NCBI GenBank assembly: GCA_965649265.1
Contig: CBFGKC010000011.1
Location: 1 to 60,442, forward strand
Origin: a candidate division WOR-3 bacterium
Lineage (GTDB): Bacteria; Hydrothermota; Tepidihabitantia; B3-TA06
Direction: 5' to 3'
Length of the DNA: 60,442 nucleotides
Below are positions 1 through 7,794 of this stretch, piece by piece. The notes under the pieces were generated by a model. The model saw only the letters and a program-made list of their open reading frames with translations, was not told where the DNA came from and searched no databases. Position numbers and translations under genes: made by a program. The stretch's first letter is position 1. Each line of letters opens with the position of its first letter.

Positions 1-22
1 ATTATTTTCTCCTATATTTTTA

Positions 23-110
23 AGCAAAGAGGGAAGTAAGTCCGCCTCGTTACAAGACTCGACTAAAGGAAATTATACACTTTTGGATAACGTCCGTACT
101 TATGATTGCT
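23..110 (-). ncRNA. candidate structured 5' leader RNA, copy B
   Basis: Homologous to 2097-2184: AGCAA/TTGCT closing stem and shared AGTCrAGTCTTGTAAyGAGGCGGAC block. Confidence 0.5.
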
Positions 111-118
111 ATATTTAC

Positions 119-146
119 ATTATAGTGATATTTATGGCACGGTCAA
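119..146 (-). promoter_or_regulatory. sigma70-type promoter for a leftward gene starting just outside the window
   Basis: Reverse complement reads TTGACC-N16-TATAAT; the window edge reads AGGAGAAAATAAT on the minus strand (RBS plus the first 2 nt of a probable ATG). Confidence 0.75.
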
Positions 147-147
147 G

Positions 148-187
148 GAGCCCTGGCCGGAGGCCAAGGCAGGGCTCTTTTCTTTTT
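148..187 (+). terminator. rho-independent terminator-like hairpin
   Basis: GAGCCCTG...CAGGGCTC stem followed by a T-rich tract. Confidence 0.55.
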
Positions 188-239
188 ATCTCTCTTTTCA
201 AGAAAGAAAACAGCCGAGCGAGCCACCGGGAGTGATACG

Positions 240-423
240 CTTCCGCCAATTCATATTTACATCTCAATGAGGAGCGCCTGGAAGGCGCATGAGAAGTTTT
301 GCTTGGATTTCATCTACGGGGTAGCAAAACTTCACGAACCATCGTCGCGGAGGCTTGAGCTTCGGCAATGAAAAGTGCCACGATTGATACAATCCTCACG
401 TCGCTTCGCTCCTCAGAATGACT
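240..423. repeat. mosaic of REP-like palindromes
   Basis: GCGCC-loop-GGCGC at 274-288 with flank matching 11566-11615 (reverse complement); GAAGTTTTGCT/AGCAAAACTTC hairpin; CGCTTCGCTCCTCAGAATGAC REP-like unit. Confidence 0.6.
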
Positions 424-536
424 ACCCGGGAGAGGAGGCGCTCTGCGTCTCGCAGCGTCAATAGAGGGGAGGGGGTGAGCGGCTTGACAAGACCCTCTGC
501 CGGGGTATGCTCTTTAAAATCAAATAAGGAGGAAGC

Positions 537-785
537 GTGACATTGTGGCTCGTGATCGCGGTTATTACCGGGCTCGTGCTTATCGCGGCGGGCGTTCTTA
601 TAGCGGTTCTCAAAAAACAGTGGCTTTACATACTCTACATGGCGGTGCCGGTTCTTCTGGCCGTCGGGCTCATCGTTCTGGGCGAACTTACAAACAGGGA
701 GTCGTACCCGGCCTCCATACCGTTCATGGCCGGCATGTGGGTGATCTTGATTGCGCTCTTTGCACGAAACAAAAAGAGCGACTGA
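537..785 (+). CDS. small membrane protein (about 3 TM)
   Basis: Promoter TTGACA-N16-TATGCT (484-511), AGGAGG RBS, three hydrophobic segments. Confidence 0.75.
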   Translation: MTLWLVIAVITGLVLIAAGVLIAVLKKQWLYILYMAVPVLLAVGLIVLGELTNRESYPASIPFMAGMWVILIALFARNKKSD

Positions 786-962
786 GTACTTCTTTCAGGG
801 CACTCATCCTTTTGGTTCCCGGATAGTTTTCCCATGAGCGCAGATGTGCTGCATCTGTAAGTCGCATGGGCCGAAGATTCTCTTCCGTAAAGATAATTTC
901 ATATCAAAGAAGAATGGAATTCTGCAGAGGGGGGCTCTGAGGGGGGTAAAGGAGGGCTGAGG

Positions 963-1397
963 TTATTTCTTGGTTCGGTTTTTTGCAAAAGTTATAAGGA
1001 GTATAGCAACGATAATAGAAATGACTGATCCGGCAACCGGGGCAATGAGATTTTTGATCTGTCCGACCGCGCTGATATTTGACTGTTTTAAGAAAACGAG
1101 AAGTCCGGCAACAAAAATGCTAATGCACGCAACTGCAATAATTGCAATAGAAGATCGAGAGTGGCGTGGAGCGCTTTGAGAAGGGTCTTGAGGAGGGCTT
1201 TGAGGAGGGCTCAGAGGAGAGCTAGGAGAGCTAGGAGGGCTAGGAGGGCGAGGAGGGGGAGGAGGGTGAGGAGGGCTGGAAGAGGGGGCTGAGGTGGAAC
1301 TCTCGTCTTTTCCCCTCCTGATAAGAAGAATGACTATTACTACGACAAGCAGGATAGCTAAACCAATCGAGATGGAAATCAAAACGGGATTGTTCAC
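963..1397 (-). CDS. membrane protein with Pro/Ser-rich linker
   Basis: One N-terminal and two C-terminal TM segments; promoter TTGTTT-N16-TATAAT (1440-1467, minus strand). Confidence 0.7.
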   Translation of the reverse strand: MNNPVLISISIGLAILLVVVIVILLIRRGKDESSTSAPSSSPPHPPPPPRPPSPPSSPSSPLSPPQSPPQDPSQSAPRHSRSSIAIIAVACISIFVAGLLVFLKQSNISAVGQIKNLIAPVAGSVISIIVAILLITFAKNRTKK

Positions 1398-1500
1398 GAT
1401 TTCTCCCTGTGAAGGTCAAGTATCTTCACGACGGGTGGAATTATACTTATCTACTGATCGGAAACAAGCCTCCTCGATAAGTTAACCAGGCCAGCAACAA

Positions 1501-1800
1501 CTAATTTAAACCATTCTTTCCTGACGCCCAGTGTGCTATTCGTTTGAGGTTCTCGTCGAACGTCTCGGACTCCTCGCTTTCTGTAAGGTCGGAGACCTCG
1601 AGGGCGTAGTAGGAGAAGATCTCATCGAGTATGTTACGCATCTCTGCGGCTTCCTTGCCGGACGCCGGCACCTTTGGGACGTTAACGGTATAAGTACCGT
1701 CGCTAAGCATGGTTGTAGCCGGGGTCTCCTCGCCTGCGACGAAGCCTATACTTACAAGTGCTGAAATTATGTTGCTTGAGGGAGGTATCTTACCTTTCAT
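1501..1800 (-). CDS. divergent HicA-like small protein (paralog 1)
   Basis: IISALVSIGF...LSDGTYTVNVPK...EIF...IAHW; GGAGG RBS; aligns by eye with 2212, 2991 and 12027. Confidence 0.7.
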   Translation of the reverse strand: MKGKIPPSSNIISALVSIGFVAGEETPATTMLSDGTYTVNVPKVPASGKEAAEMRNILDEIFSYYALEVSDLTESEESETFDENLKRIAHWASGKNGLN

Positions 1801-2061
1801 AAATCACCTCCGGGGTTTGGTTTTTCCCTATCCTGACCATCTTTCTCCCAATTACTATGACGTCCGGTAGAGCCGGATTGTTCGCGTTCGGCCCTGTCAT
1901 GTTGGACATAAACGGGTGTTTCACGTTGTCTGAAAAAGAATATTGTCCTTGGGGAGGTTCTTGACGATATTGCTTGATCTATTGGCTTGTGGCTGGCGGC
2001 TTCCACCCCCCCCCCTTGTAAGTTATAGTAGTGAAATGGCAGAAGCGCCCCTGGCCGTTCC

Positions 2062-2089
2062 TTGACAATACTATAAATATTACTATAAT
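2062..2089 (+). promoter_or_regulatory. sigma70-type promoter
   Basis: TTGACA-N16-TATAAT with perfect hexamers. Confidence 0.85.
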
Positions 2090-2096
2090 GAATACA

Positions 2097-2184
2097 GGCA
2101 ATAAAAAGTATGGAGTTTTCCAAGTAAGGCTAAATCCCATAAGTCAAGTCTTGTAATGAGGCGGACGTAACTTTCTCTTTTGCC
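2097..2184 (+). ncRNA. candidate structured 5' leader RNA, copy A
   Basis: GGCAA/TTGCC closing stem, TGGA/TCCA hairpin, GTC/GAC plus GTCTT/GAGGC hairpin; homologous to the reverse complement of 23-110. Confidence 0.5.
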
Positions 2185-2211
2185 CCAAATAAAAATAAAA
2201 GGAGATATAAA

Positions 2212-2490
2212 ATGACTCAAAATATCACAGGTGATCACATCATCAGCACACTCAAAATCTTAGGATTTACTGAATCAGCCGAAAAAGCAGAAAAGCCCAA
2301 TTACGTGAGCCTTAAAAACGGCGAGCACAAGATTAGCATTGCAAAAGGAATACTTGAAGCCGACGAAACTTCCCGTGTGCGCACCGAACTGGGCCCCATA
2401 TTCAAGGCCCTTGACACCAAGATTTCGGCGTCTACCGATGCCACCCTTCTGAGCGTTAAAGAATGGCTCAAGGCTCCTGCCGCTGCTTGA
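2212..2490 (+). CDS. divergent HicA-like small protein (paralog 2)
   Basis: TGDHIISTLKILGF...LKNGEHKISIAKG...PIF...VKEW; AAGGAG RBS; own promoter and terminator. Confidence 0.8.
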   Translation: MTQNITGDHIISTLKILGFTESAEKAEKPNYVSLKNGEHKISIAKGILEADETSRVRTELGPIFKALDTKISASTDATLLSVKEWLKAPAAA

Positions 2491-2517
2491 TCGATTCAGA
2501 TCATTGTGAGAACCTTT

Positions 2518-2542
2518 GCCCGCCATATGGCGGGCCTTTTTT
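2518..2542 (+). terminator. rho-independent terminator
   Basis: GCCCGCC-ATAT-GGCGGGC followed by CTTTTTT. Confidence 0.85.
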
Positions 2543-2571
2543 GACGAATGATAAAAAATAGCAACAATGGC

Positions 2572-2599
2572 TTGACAAATTACAGGAAAGTACTATAAT
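2572..2599 (+). promoter_or_regulatory. sigma70-type promoter
   Basis: TTGACA-N16-TATAAT. Confidence 0.85.
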
Positions 2600-2708
2600 C
2601 GATATAATAGCAACCCAGTATGGGAGTCACCTTACAATTGATTTCTCTACCCAGGTTGTATAATCATTATGTTGATTCTTTTTGACATAGTTAATTAAGG
2701 AGAGTTTA

Positions 2709-2957
2709 ATGTCACATGGAAACACCACTCGATACAAAGCCAACCTTCTTAACTCTATATGGTTTATTTTAAAGCGTATTTATGGAATCGTGCGCGGGCT
2801 TCACAGAGACTCTTATCTCATAGGGGTATCACGTAAAGGTCTCGACTATAACAACCAAATCCGCGCAAGAAATGTTTTTTTTCCCATCTACACATTCGTT
2901 AAAAGCATGGACAAAGAGTTCGTGCGTGAAGCCGTCGAAGATCGGCGTAGAAGTTAA
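2709..2957 (+). CDS. small protein, most divergent member of the HicA-like family (paralog 3)
   Basis: AAGGAG RBS; LLNSIWFILK..GLHRDSYLIGVSRKGLD..IRARNVFFPIY aligns with SLKLLGFIEK..TLHNGKHEISITKGWLE..TRLYNALLPIF of 2991. Confidence 0.6.
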   Translation: MSHGNTTRYKANLLNSIWFILKRIYGIVRGLHRDSYLIGVSRKGLDYNNQIRARNVFFPIYTFVKSMDKEFVREAVEDRRRS

Positions 2958-2990
2958 AGTATTTGGCTATCTATTATCAAGGAGATTTGC

Positions 2991-3284
2991 ATGGCTCAGC
3001 CAACAATGACCGGCGATAGTATTATCGCTTCCCTTAAACTCTTAGGGTTTATTGAGAAAACCAACGGGGACCAGGCATCAAACCAGATGACCCTTCACAA
3101 TGGAAAACACGAGATTTCGATCACAAAAGGGTGGCTCGAGGGAGCCGAGGCAACGCGGTTGTATAACGCATTGCTGCCTATATTCAAGGCGTTCGAGAAC
3201 CAGGTGCAGGCATCTTCGGACCGCAACCTTCATGACGTAAGGGACTGGCTCGAAGCCAGGACCGCTAAGATCAGAAACAGCTAG
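2991..3284 (+). CDS. divergent HicA-like small protein (paralog 4)
   Basis: TGDSIIASLKLLGF...LHNGKHEISITKG...PIF...VRDW; clear paralog of 2212; AAGGAG RBS. Confidence 0.8.
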   Translation: MAQPTMTGDSIIASLKLLGFIEKTNGDQASNQMTLHNGKHEISITKGWLEGAEATRLYNALLPIFKAFENQVQASSDRNLHDVRDWLEARTAKIRNS

Positions 3285-3435
3285 TCCGACCGAACAGCCG
3301 TGATCTCCTGACGATTAGTCCCGCCCTGTTTAATTCCTTAAGCACTTCCTGGGCATCGCTCGTCCAATCATGCCGAATTACATGGATAGCTTTTATACTC
3401 ACCGATTATTGCGAATCGGGACAAATTTCCAGGCT

Positions 3436-3604
3436 CCCGTAACACCCCGTACCCACAGGGCATTATCATAATCAAACGGAGCTTCGCTCCGAAGTCTAAG
3501 GAAATAACACCCGTACCCCTTCGGGGTATTTTCATCGGCCGCTTGAGTTCAAAGGAAATAACACCCGTAACACCCGTAACACCCCGTATCACCCCGTAAC
3601 ACAC
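3436..3604. repeat. CCGTAACAC / AAGGAAATAACAC repeat cluster
   Basis: Two AAGGAAATAACAC (3498, 3552) plus tandem ACCCGTAAC units; related copies at 11811, 18471-18607, 22131-22186 and 24156. Confidence 0.8.
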
Positions 3605-3866
3605 TCCCTCTCGACATTACTCGTGGTTTATGGAAGATGCCTTCAGATTGTTTCTGGAGTGTTTCTGAGGGGGTTGCGACATAGGATGTCGCATGTCGGA
3701 CTTCGTTAGACCGGAAGAGGTCCCTGGATAGTTACAAAAAAGAGAAAGGCTCTGAGGAAGGCTCTGGGAGGGCTGAGGAGGGCTGGGGAGAAACTTGCTT
3801 GACATCCTTGCGTCTTATATGCATACTTCTGAAACATTCCGTATAGTTTTGACCAAGGAGGAATAG

Positions 3867-4703
3867 ATGCTCAAAATAAAAGTATCGGTAATTGCGGCAG
3901 CCCTTGTGCCCCTGTTTCTTTCTGCAGCCGATCTCAAGACGTCAACTTATTCCGCGAGCGACTTCAAGCGAGTGGAGATAACGACCTTCAACGGTTCGAT
4001 ATCGGCTAAGGCGTCCGATGACGACGAAATTACGATAAAGTACAGCATAGGCACGGGCGTGCTCTCACAGGAAGCGGACAAGGCACTCGGCGCGCTTACC
4101 TCGCTCGCAGCAAAGCTCGGCGGGCTGGACGATCTGGACGTGGACGTCGAGAAGAACGAGGATGCAGGCCTTCTCGTCATCAAGGTGGAGCAGGACCATA
4201 ACGAGTCCATTACCGGCTGCAACATAGAGTTATCGCTGCCCAAGGAAATCTATGCGAAGCTCGAGACCGACAACGGCTGGATTACGGTCGAAGGTCTCAA
4301 GAAGGGCTTCGACATTACCACCATGAACGGTTTCGTGACCATGAGAAACACTGCAGGCGACGCCCGCTTCGAAGTGACCAACGGCTACACGAGAATAGAA
4401 GAGCATCACGGCAACGTGCACGGTTCCACCACCAACGGCGATATCGAGGCCGACATCGTTCTGCCCGACAACGACTGCGACTGCGAACTTTCGACCGTGA
4501 ACAACGACATCGAACTCGCAGTTCCGAGGACTGTGGGAGCAAAGGTAACGCTCTCCACCGTGCACGGCACGACCGCCATCGCCGGTTTCGACAAAAGCTC
4601 GAGTAACGTCGACGAGGATCTTTCAAAAACCATAGGCGACGGCTCAGGCAAGATCAAGCTTACGACAGTCAACGGAGACGTGCTCCTCAAGGAACTGGAC
4701 TGA
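3867..4703 (+). CDS. DUF4097-like beta-strand-repeat (putative adhesin) exported protein
   Basis: Signal peptide; repeated xTxNGxI motifs (TFNGSI, TDNGWI, TTNGDI, TVNGDV). Confidence 0.85.
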   Translation: MLKIKVSVIAAALVPLFLSAADLKTSTYSASDFKRVEITTFNGSISAKASDDDEITIKYSIGTGVLSQEADKALGALTSLAAKLGGLDDLDVDVEKNEDAGLLVIKVEQDHNESITGCNIELSLPKEIYAKLETDNGWITVEGLKKGFDITTMNGFVTMRNTAGDARFEVTNGYTRIEEHHGNVHGSTTNGDIEADIVLPDNDCDCELSTVNNDIELAVPRTVGAKVTLSTVHGTTAIAGFDKSSSNVDEDLSKTIGDGSGKIKLTTVNGDVLLKELD

Positions 4704-4799
4704 GTCCGACTCTACGCCCGTTCTGCGTTCATTTCTGAATAATACAGGAATAAGTTTCCCGGAGGGAAAAACCGGATAAGATAAAATGTAGGAGGAATA

Positions 4800-5291
4800 A
4801 TGCGTAAAGCATCTCTTCTTATCGCGACCTTATTCCTGCTTGCAGGAGCATCCACCTCCTTTGCCGAGTACGAAGGAATCTACGCAGGCACAGGTTCAGG
4901 CTACTGTCTGCCTTACAAGGATATGGTGATATATTCCTTCCAGACGTGGCAGGGGCAATTGACCCTCTCCCAAACCCTGGATGAGGAATGGCTGTTCGAA
5001 GGCACCTGGCAGGACGAGAAAGGCAATCACGGCACCCTGAAGAACTGCAAACTTAAGTACATCTACGATCCGTACTGCCCGTATCTATGGTCATATCAGG
5101 CCGGAAGCTGGTACTGGCTGGAGACTGTTAACGGCGTCGAGATTCCCAGGCTGGGCGGGTTCTTCTCCATGTTTGTCTATGTCGCCCAGGTGAACAACCC
5201 TGTTGACGGAATCTGGGGCACAATAGGCTGGCCGGGCAGCCCTCCCCCCAGTTACTTCGAAGGCCACAACATTCCGCCCGACGCTTTCTAA
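4800..5291 (+). CDS. exported hypothetical protein
   Basis: AGGAGG RBS; signal peptide ending SFA; aromatic/Gly-rich; resembles 41825. Confidence 0.8.
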   Translation: MRKASLLIATLFLLAGASTSFAEYEGIYAGTGSGYCLPYKDMVIYSFQTWQGQLTLSQTLDEEWLFEGTWQDEKGNHGTLKNCKLKYIYDPYCPYLWSYQAGSWYWLETVNGVEIPRLGGFFSMFVYVAQVNNPVDGIWGTIGWPGSPPPSYFEGHNIPPDAF

Positions 5292-5337
5292 GAAAAGCTC
5301 ATCCGGTCTTCAAATGAGAAAAGGCGGCTCCGGAGAC

Positions 5338-5478
5338 ACTGAGTGAGGGAGAGCGCCGGAGGCGCATTGGCAGAACCTTTCGGGTTCTGTCCTATCATTA
5401 TTACTAATCTAGGGGCGAGCGCCGGGGGCGCTTGGCAGAATGGAATTCTACAAGGGGGGAGGAGGGCTGAGGAGGGCT
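5338..5478. repeat. REP-like dimer plus GAGGAGGGCT units
   Basis: GCGCC-GGA-GGCGC (5353) and GCGCC-GGG-GGCGC (5419) between convergent genes. Confidence 0.75.
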
Positions 5479-5970
5479 TCACGAATTGTACGCCTTCTCG
5501 AGGGTTGCGATATCGAGTTTGACCATCTTGAGCATAGCGTCACTCACACGTTTCGAACGGGCCTCGTCCTCATCGTTCATCATCTCGTCCAGAACCGCGG
5601 GAACAATCTGCCAGCGAAGGCCGAACCTGTCGATTAGCCAGCCGCAAGCCTGCGCCTTGCCTCCGTTCGCGAGCAGAGCGTCCCAGTACCTGTCAAGCTC
5701 GGCCTGGTCGTCGCAGAAAACGACTATCGATACGGCGTCGTTGAATTCGTGGTGCGGCCCTGCGCTCATTGCCTGAAAGGGCCGGCCGAACAGCGTGAAG
5801 TCGACAATCTTCACCGAACCCGGCGGCCCGCTAGGCGACTCGCTGGCAAGCGTGGTAATCCGGTCAACCCTGGAATCAGGAAATATCGAAGTGTAGAGCC
5901 CGGCCGCCTCCTCAGCCCCCTCTGCATACCACAGGTGCGTGAGTATCTTAGGTCGCGCATTCGACTTCAT
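5479..5970 (-). CDS. VOC/PhnB-like family protein (3-demethylubiquinone-9 3-methyltransferase-like)
   Basis: HLWY..AEEAA..Y.SIFP, FNDAVSIVV.CDDQAELDRYW, CGWLIDRFGLRWQIVP. Confidence 0.9.
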   Translation of the reverse strand: MKSNARPKILTHLWYAEGAEEAAGLYTSIFPDSRVDRITTLASESPSGPPGSVKIVDFTLFGRPFQAMSAGPHHEFNDAVSIVVFCDDQAELDRYWDALLANGGKAQACGWLIDRFGLRWQIVPAVLDEMMNDEDEARSKRVSDAMLKMVKLDIATLEKAYNS

Positions 5971-6089
5971 GAAAGCCTCCTTTGCGTTTTGATATTTCCT
6001 TTTCGATTCGATTATAGAGACTCTAAACGAACCGTCAACTTCCGACGGTTCTTGAAGGGCTCCGACGCATGTGTATAATTAAACCGACT

Positions 6090-6275
6090 ATGTTCCTCAT
6101 CTATGCCGTCATCATGCTCGTCTCGAGTGTGCTCTTGTTCGTTGTATTCATCATCAAGAGACGGGCGAAGGGCTCGTTCGTCATGCTCATCTTCTCCATC
6201 CTGACCCTGCTGTTGGGTCTCTTATGCCTGTTCTGGGGATATCATTCGGCGACCTTCAGTCTGATAAGCGGATAG
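6090..6275 (+). CDS. small 2-TM membrane protein
   Basis: ATG at 6090 lies 10 nt after TTGAAG-N16-TATAAT (6052-6079); two hydrophobic helices. Confidence 0.6.
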   Translation: MFLIYAVIMLVSSVLLFVVFIIKRRAKGSFVMLIFSILTLLLGLLCLFWGYHSATFSLISG

Positions 6276-6415
6276 CCCCTCCCCTGTGGGCATCTCGACA
6301 CACCCCTACCTATGGTACTCCTGACTTTAACTTAATTAAATTGATCGTGAAACGCAGCTCCGCGCATACCGGCTCAATAAGAGATATTAATCATGGACTA
6401 TCTTTGCATTGCCGG

Positions 6416-6784
6416 TTATCCAAAAAAAGGGAAAATTATTTCGAACCACTTTTCCAATTTTTTAATGCCCTTTTCAAGCCCCTCTAGAGCAGTACCTAAC
6501 CCGCTCATAGCCTTTCCAAATCTATCCATCCCTTGACCGAATTCGCCTAATCCTAGGGCCATTTCTTCCATGCCATTTACGAAACTTTCCAAGCGTGCTC
6601 CAAGCTGATCCGTTTCACAATTGAGGGTATCCTTGATTTCACCTGGTTTTTTTGGGGTTTCCGAGAAATCGTTTGTTTCGTATCCGGCTTTCGCTGAAAG
6701 GTTCTCTGCATGAGACTCTACCGGGTTTGCTGCAACAAAGCACCACGAGGCCAAAAACAGCATGATTGCAATCACTCTCAACAT
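6416..6784 (-). CDS. exported hypothetical protein with Gly-rich helical C-terminus
   Basis: AAGGAGG RBS before ATG 6784 (MLRVIAIML...); signal peptide. Confidence 0.65.
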   Translation of the reverse strand: MLRVIAIMLFLASWCFVAANPVESHAENLSAKAGYETNDFSETPKKPGEIKDTLNCETDQLGARLESFVNGMEEMALGLGEFGQGMDRFGKAMSGLGTALEGLEKGIKKLEKWFEIIFPFFG

Positions 6785-6916
6785 CCAACCTCCTTGGCTG
6801 AAATCAACAAGTATGACGCATCTTGATCGGTATAGTTGCACACCCCTTCCCCCCAGCTTCATGGGAAAAGTTAAATAATTGTTTTAGACGGTTAGTGGTT
6901 TCCGGCTGCTTATCGT

Positions 6917-7546
6917 TTACTTTTTGAAGAAAAAACCGGCGTTGGCGTTAAACATGAGATCGGTCCGGCTCCAATCCGAATCCACGAAAAAAGCATTGAG
7001 CGCGCCGGCCTCGAGGAAGATGCTCGAACCGCGAAAGATCGGTATCTTGATGCCGGCCATACCACCCAGCATGGGATTGATCGCGTACGTGCCGAGGCCC
7101 AGCAGCCACGCGCGGCCTGAGAGGTAGGGATAGACCTTCTTGAAGGGGTATCCGAGATACAGGGAGGCTTCTCCGACGTAGAAGAACGGAAATTCGGCGA
7201 TGCTGAAAAGCGTGCCGATGCCTGCTCCAGCACCGAGAGCGAGATAGTCGGGGATTATTCCGTACTTGCAGTCGAGCTTGGCTCCGATACCCCAGGAAGA
7301 GATGCCCATATCGAATCTGGGCGTGAGGCCGTAACGCGCACCGAATCCGGCTATTGGAATAGCGCCGAACTCGAGCTTGCCCGTGCTGTCAGTGCCGAAC
7401 GAACCGACTCCGCCGACTGCTCCGCCTATGTCCCACTGGCCCTGCGGGGTAGTACGAGGCACCTGCATGTGGTAAACCGCACAACCCGAAAGCAAAAAAG
7501 CAAGCGACATAAATGCCAATTTCCACCTTTGATGGAAAGTCTTCAT
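6917..7546 (-). CDS. lipoprotein with predicted small outer-membrane beta-barrel
   Basis: LLSGC lipobox; alternating Gly/aromatic strands; paralog of 13251. Confidence 0.75.
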   Translation of the reverse strand: MKTFHQRWKLAFMSLAFLLSGCAVYHMQVPRTTPQGQWDIGGAVGGVGSFGTDSTGKLEFGAIPIAGFGARYGLTPRFDMGISSWGIGAKLDCKYGIIPDYLALGAGAGIGTLFSIAEFPFFYVGEASLYLGYPFKKVYPYLSGRAWLLGLGTYAINPMLGGMAGIKIPIFRGSSIFLEAGALNAFFVDSDWSRTDLMFNANAGFFFKK

Positions 7547-7794
7547 ATATAAAATATAGGTGAAAGAAGGCCGTTGTCAAACCCACTCACGCACGGTTCG
7601 ACCAGCGGCAGTAACCCTTAAAAAGACATGCAGTAAGACATCAGTGCAAGGCAGGCCACTCGCCAGGGCAAACCGCCTGCCTGTCAATGGATTAACAGAA
7701 GTAATTCACCTTTTCTCGAAATCCCGGCTCGTACGCACGCAATGAGACGGGCGCGGCTCAACTCAAAGGCCCCTGCCTTCAAACCACCCGGGTG

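Noticed and set aside
1797-2123. 108-aa minus-strand ORF
   Set aside because: It runs antisense through the 2062 promoter and a poly-C tract, starts with TTG without a convincing RBS, and has no protein-like features.
2097-2184. Assignment of the leader to a known riboswitch or T-box
   Set aside because: It lacks the consensus motifs I know for T-box, SAM-I, TPP, c-di-GMP, c-di-AMP, fluoride and ZTP elements.
3436-3604. CRISPR array in the CCGTAACAC repeats
   Set aside because: Units are 8-13 nt, tandem and lack unique spacers of regular length; no cas genes are present.
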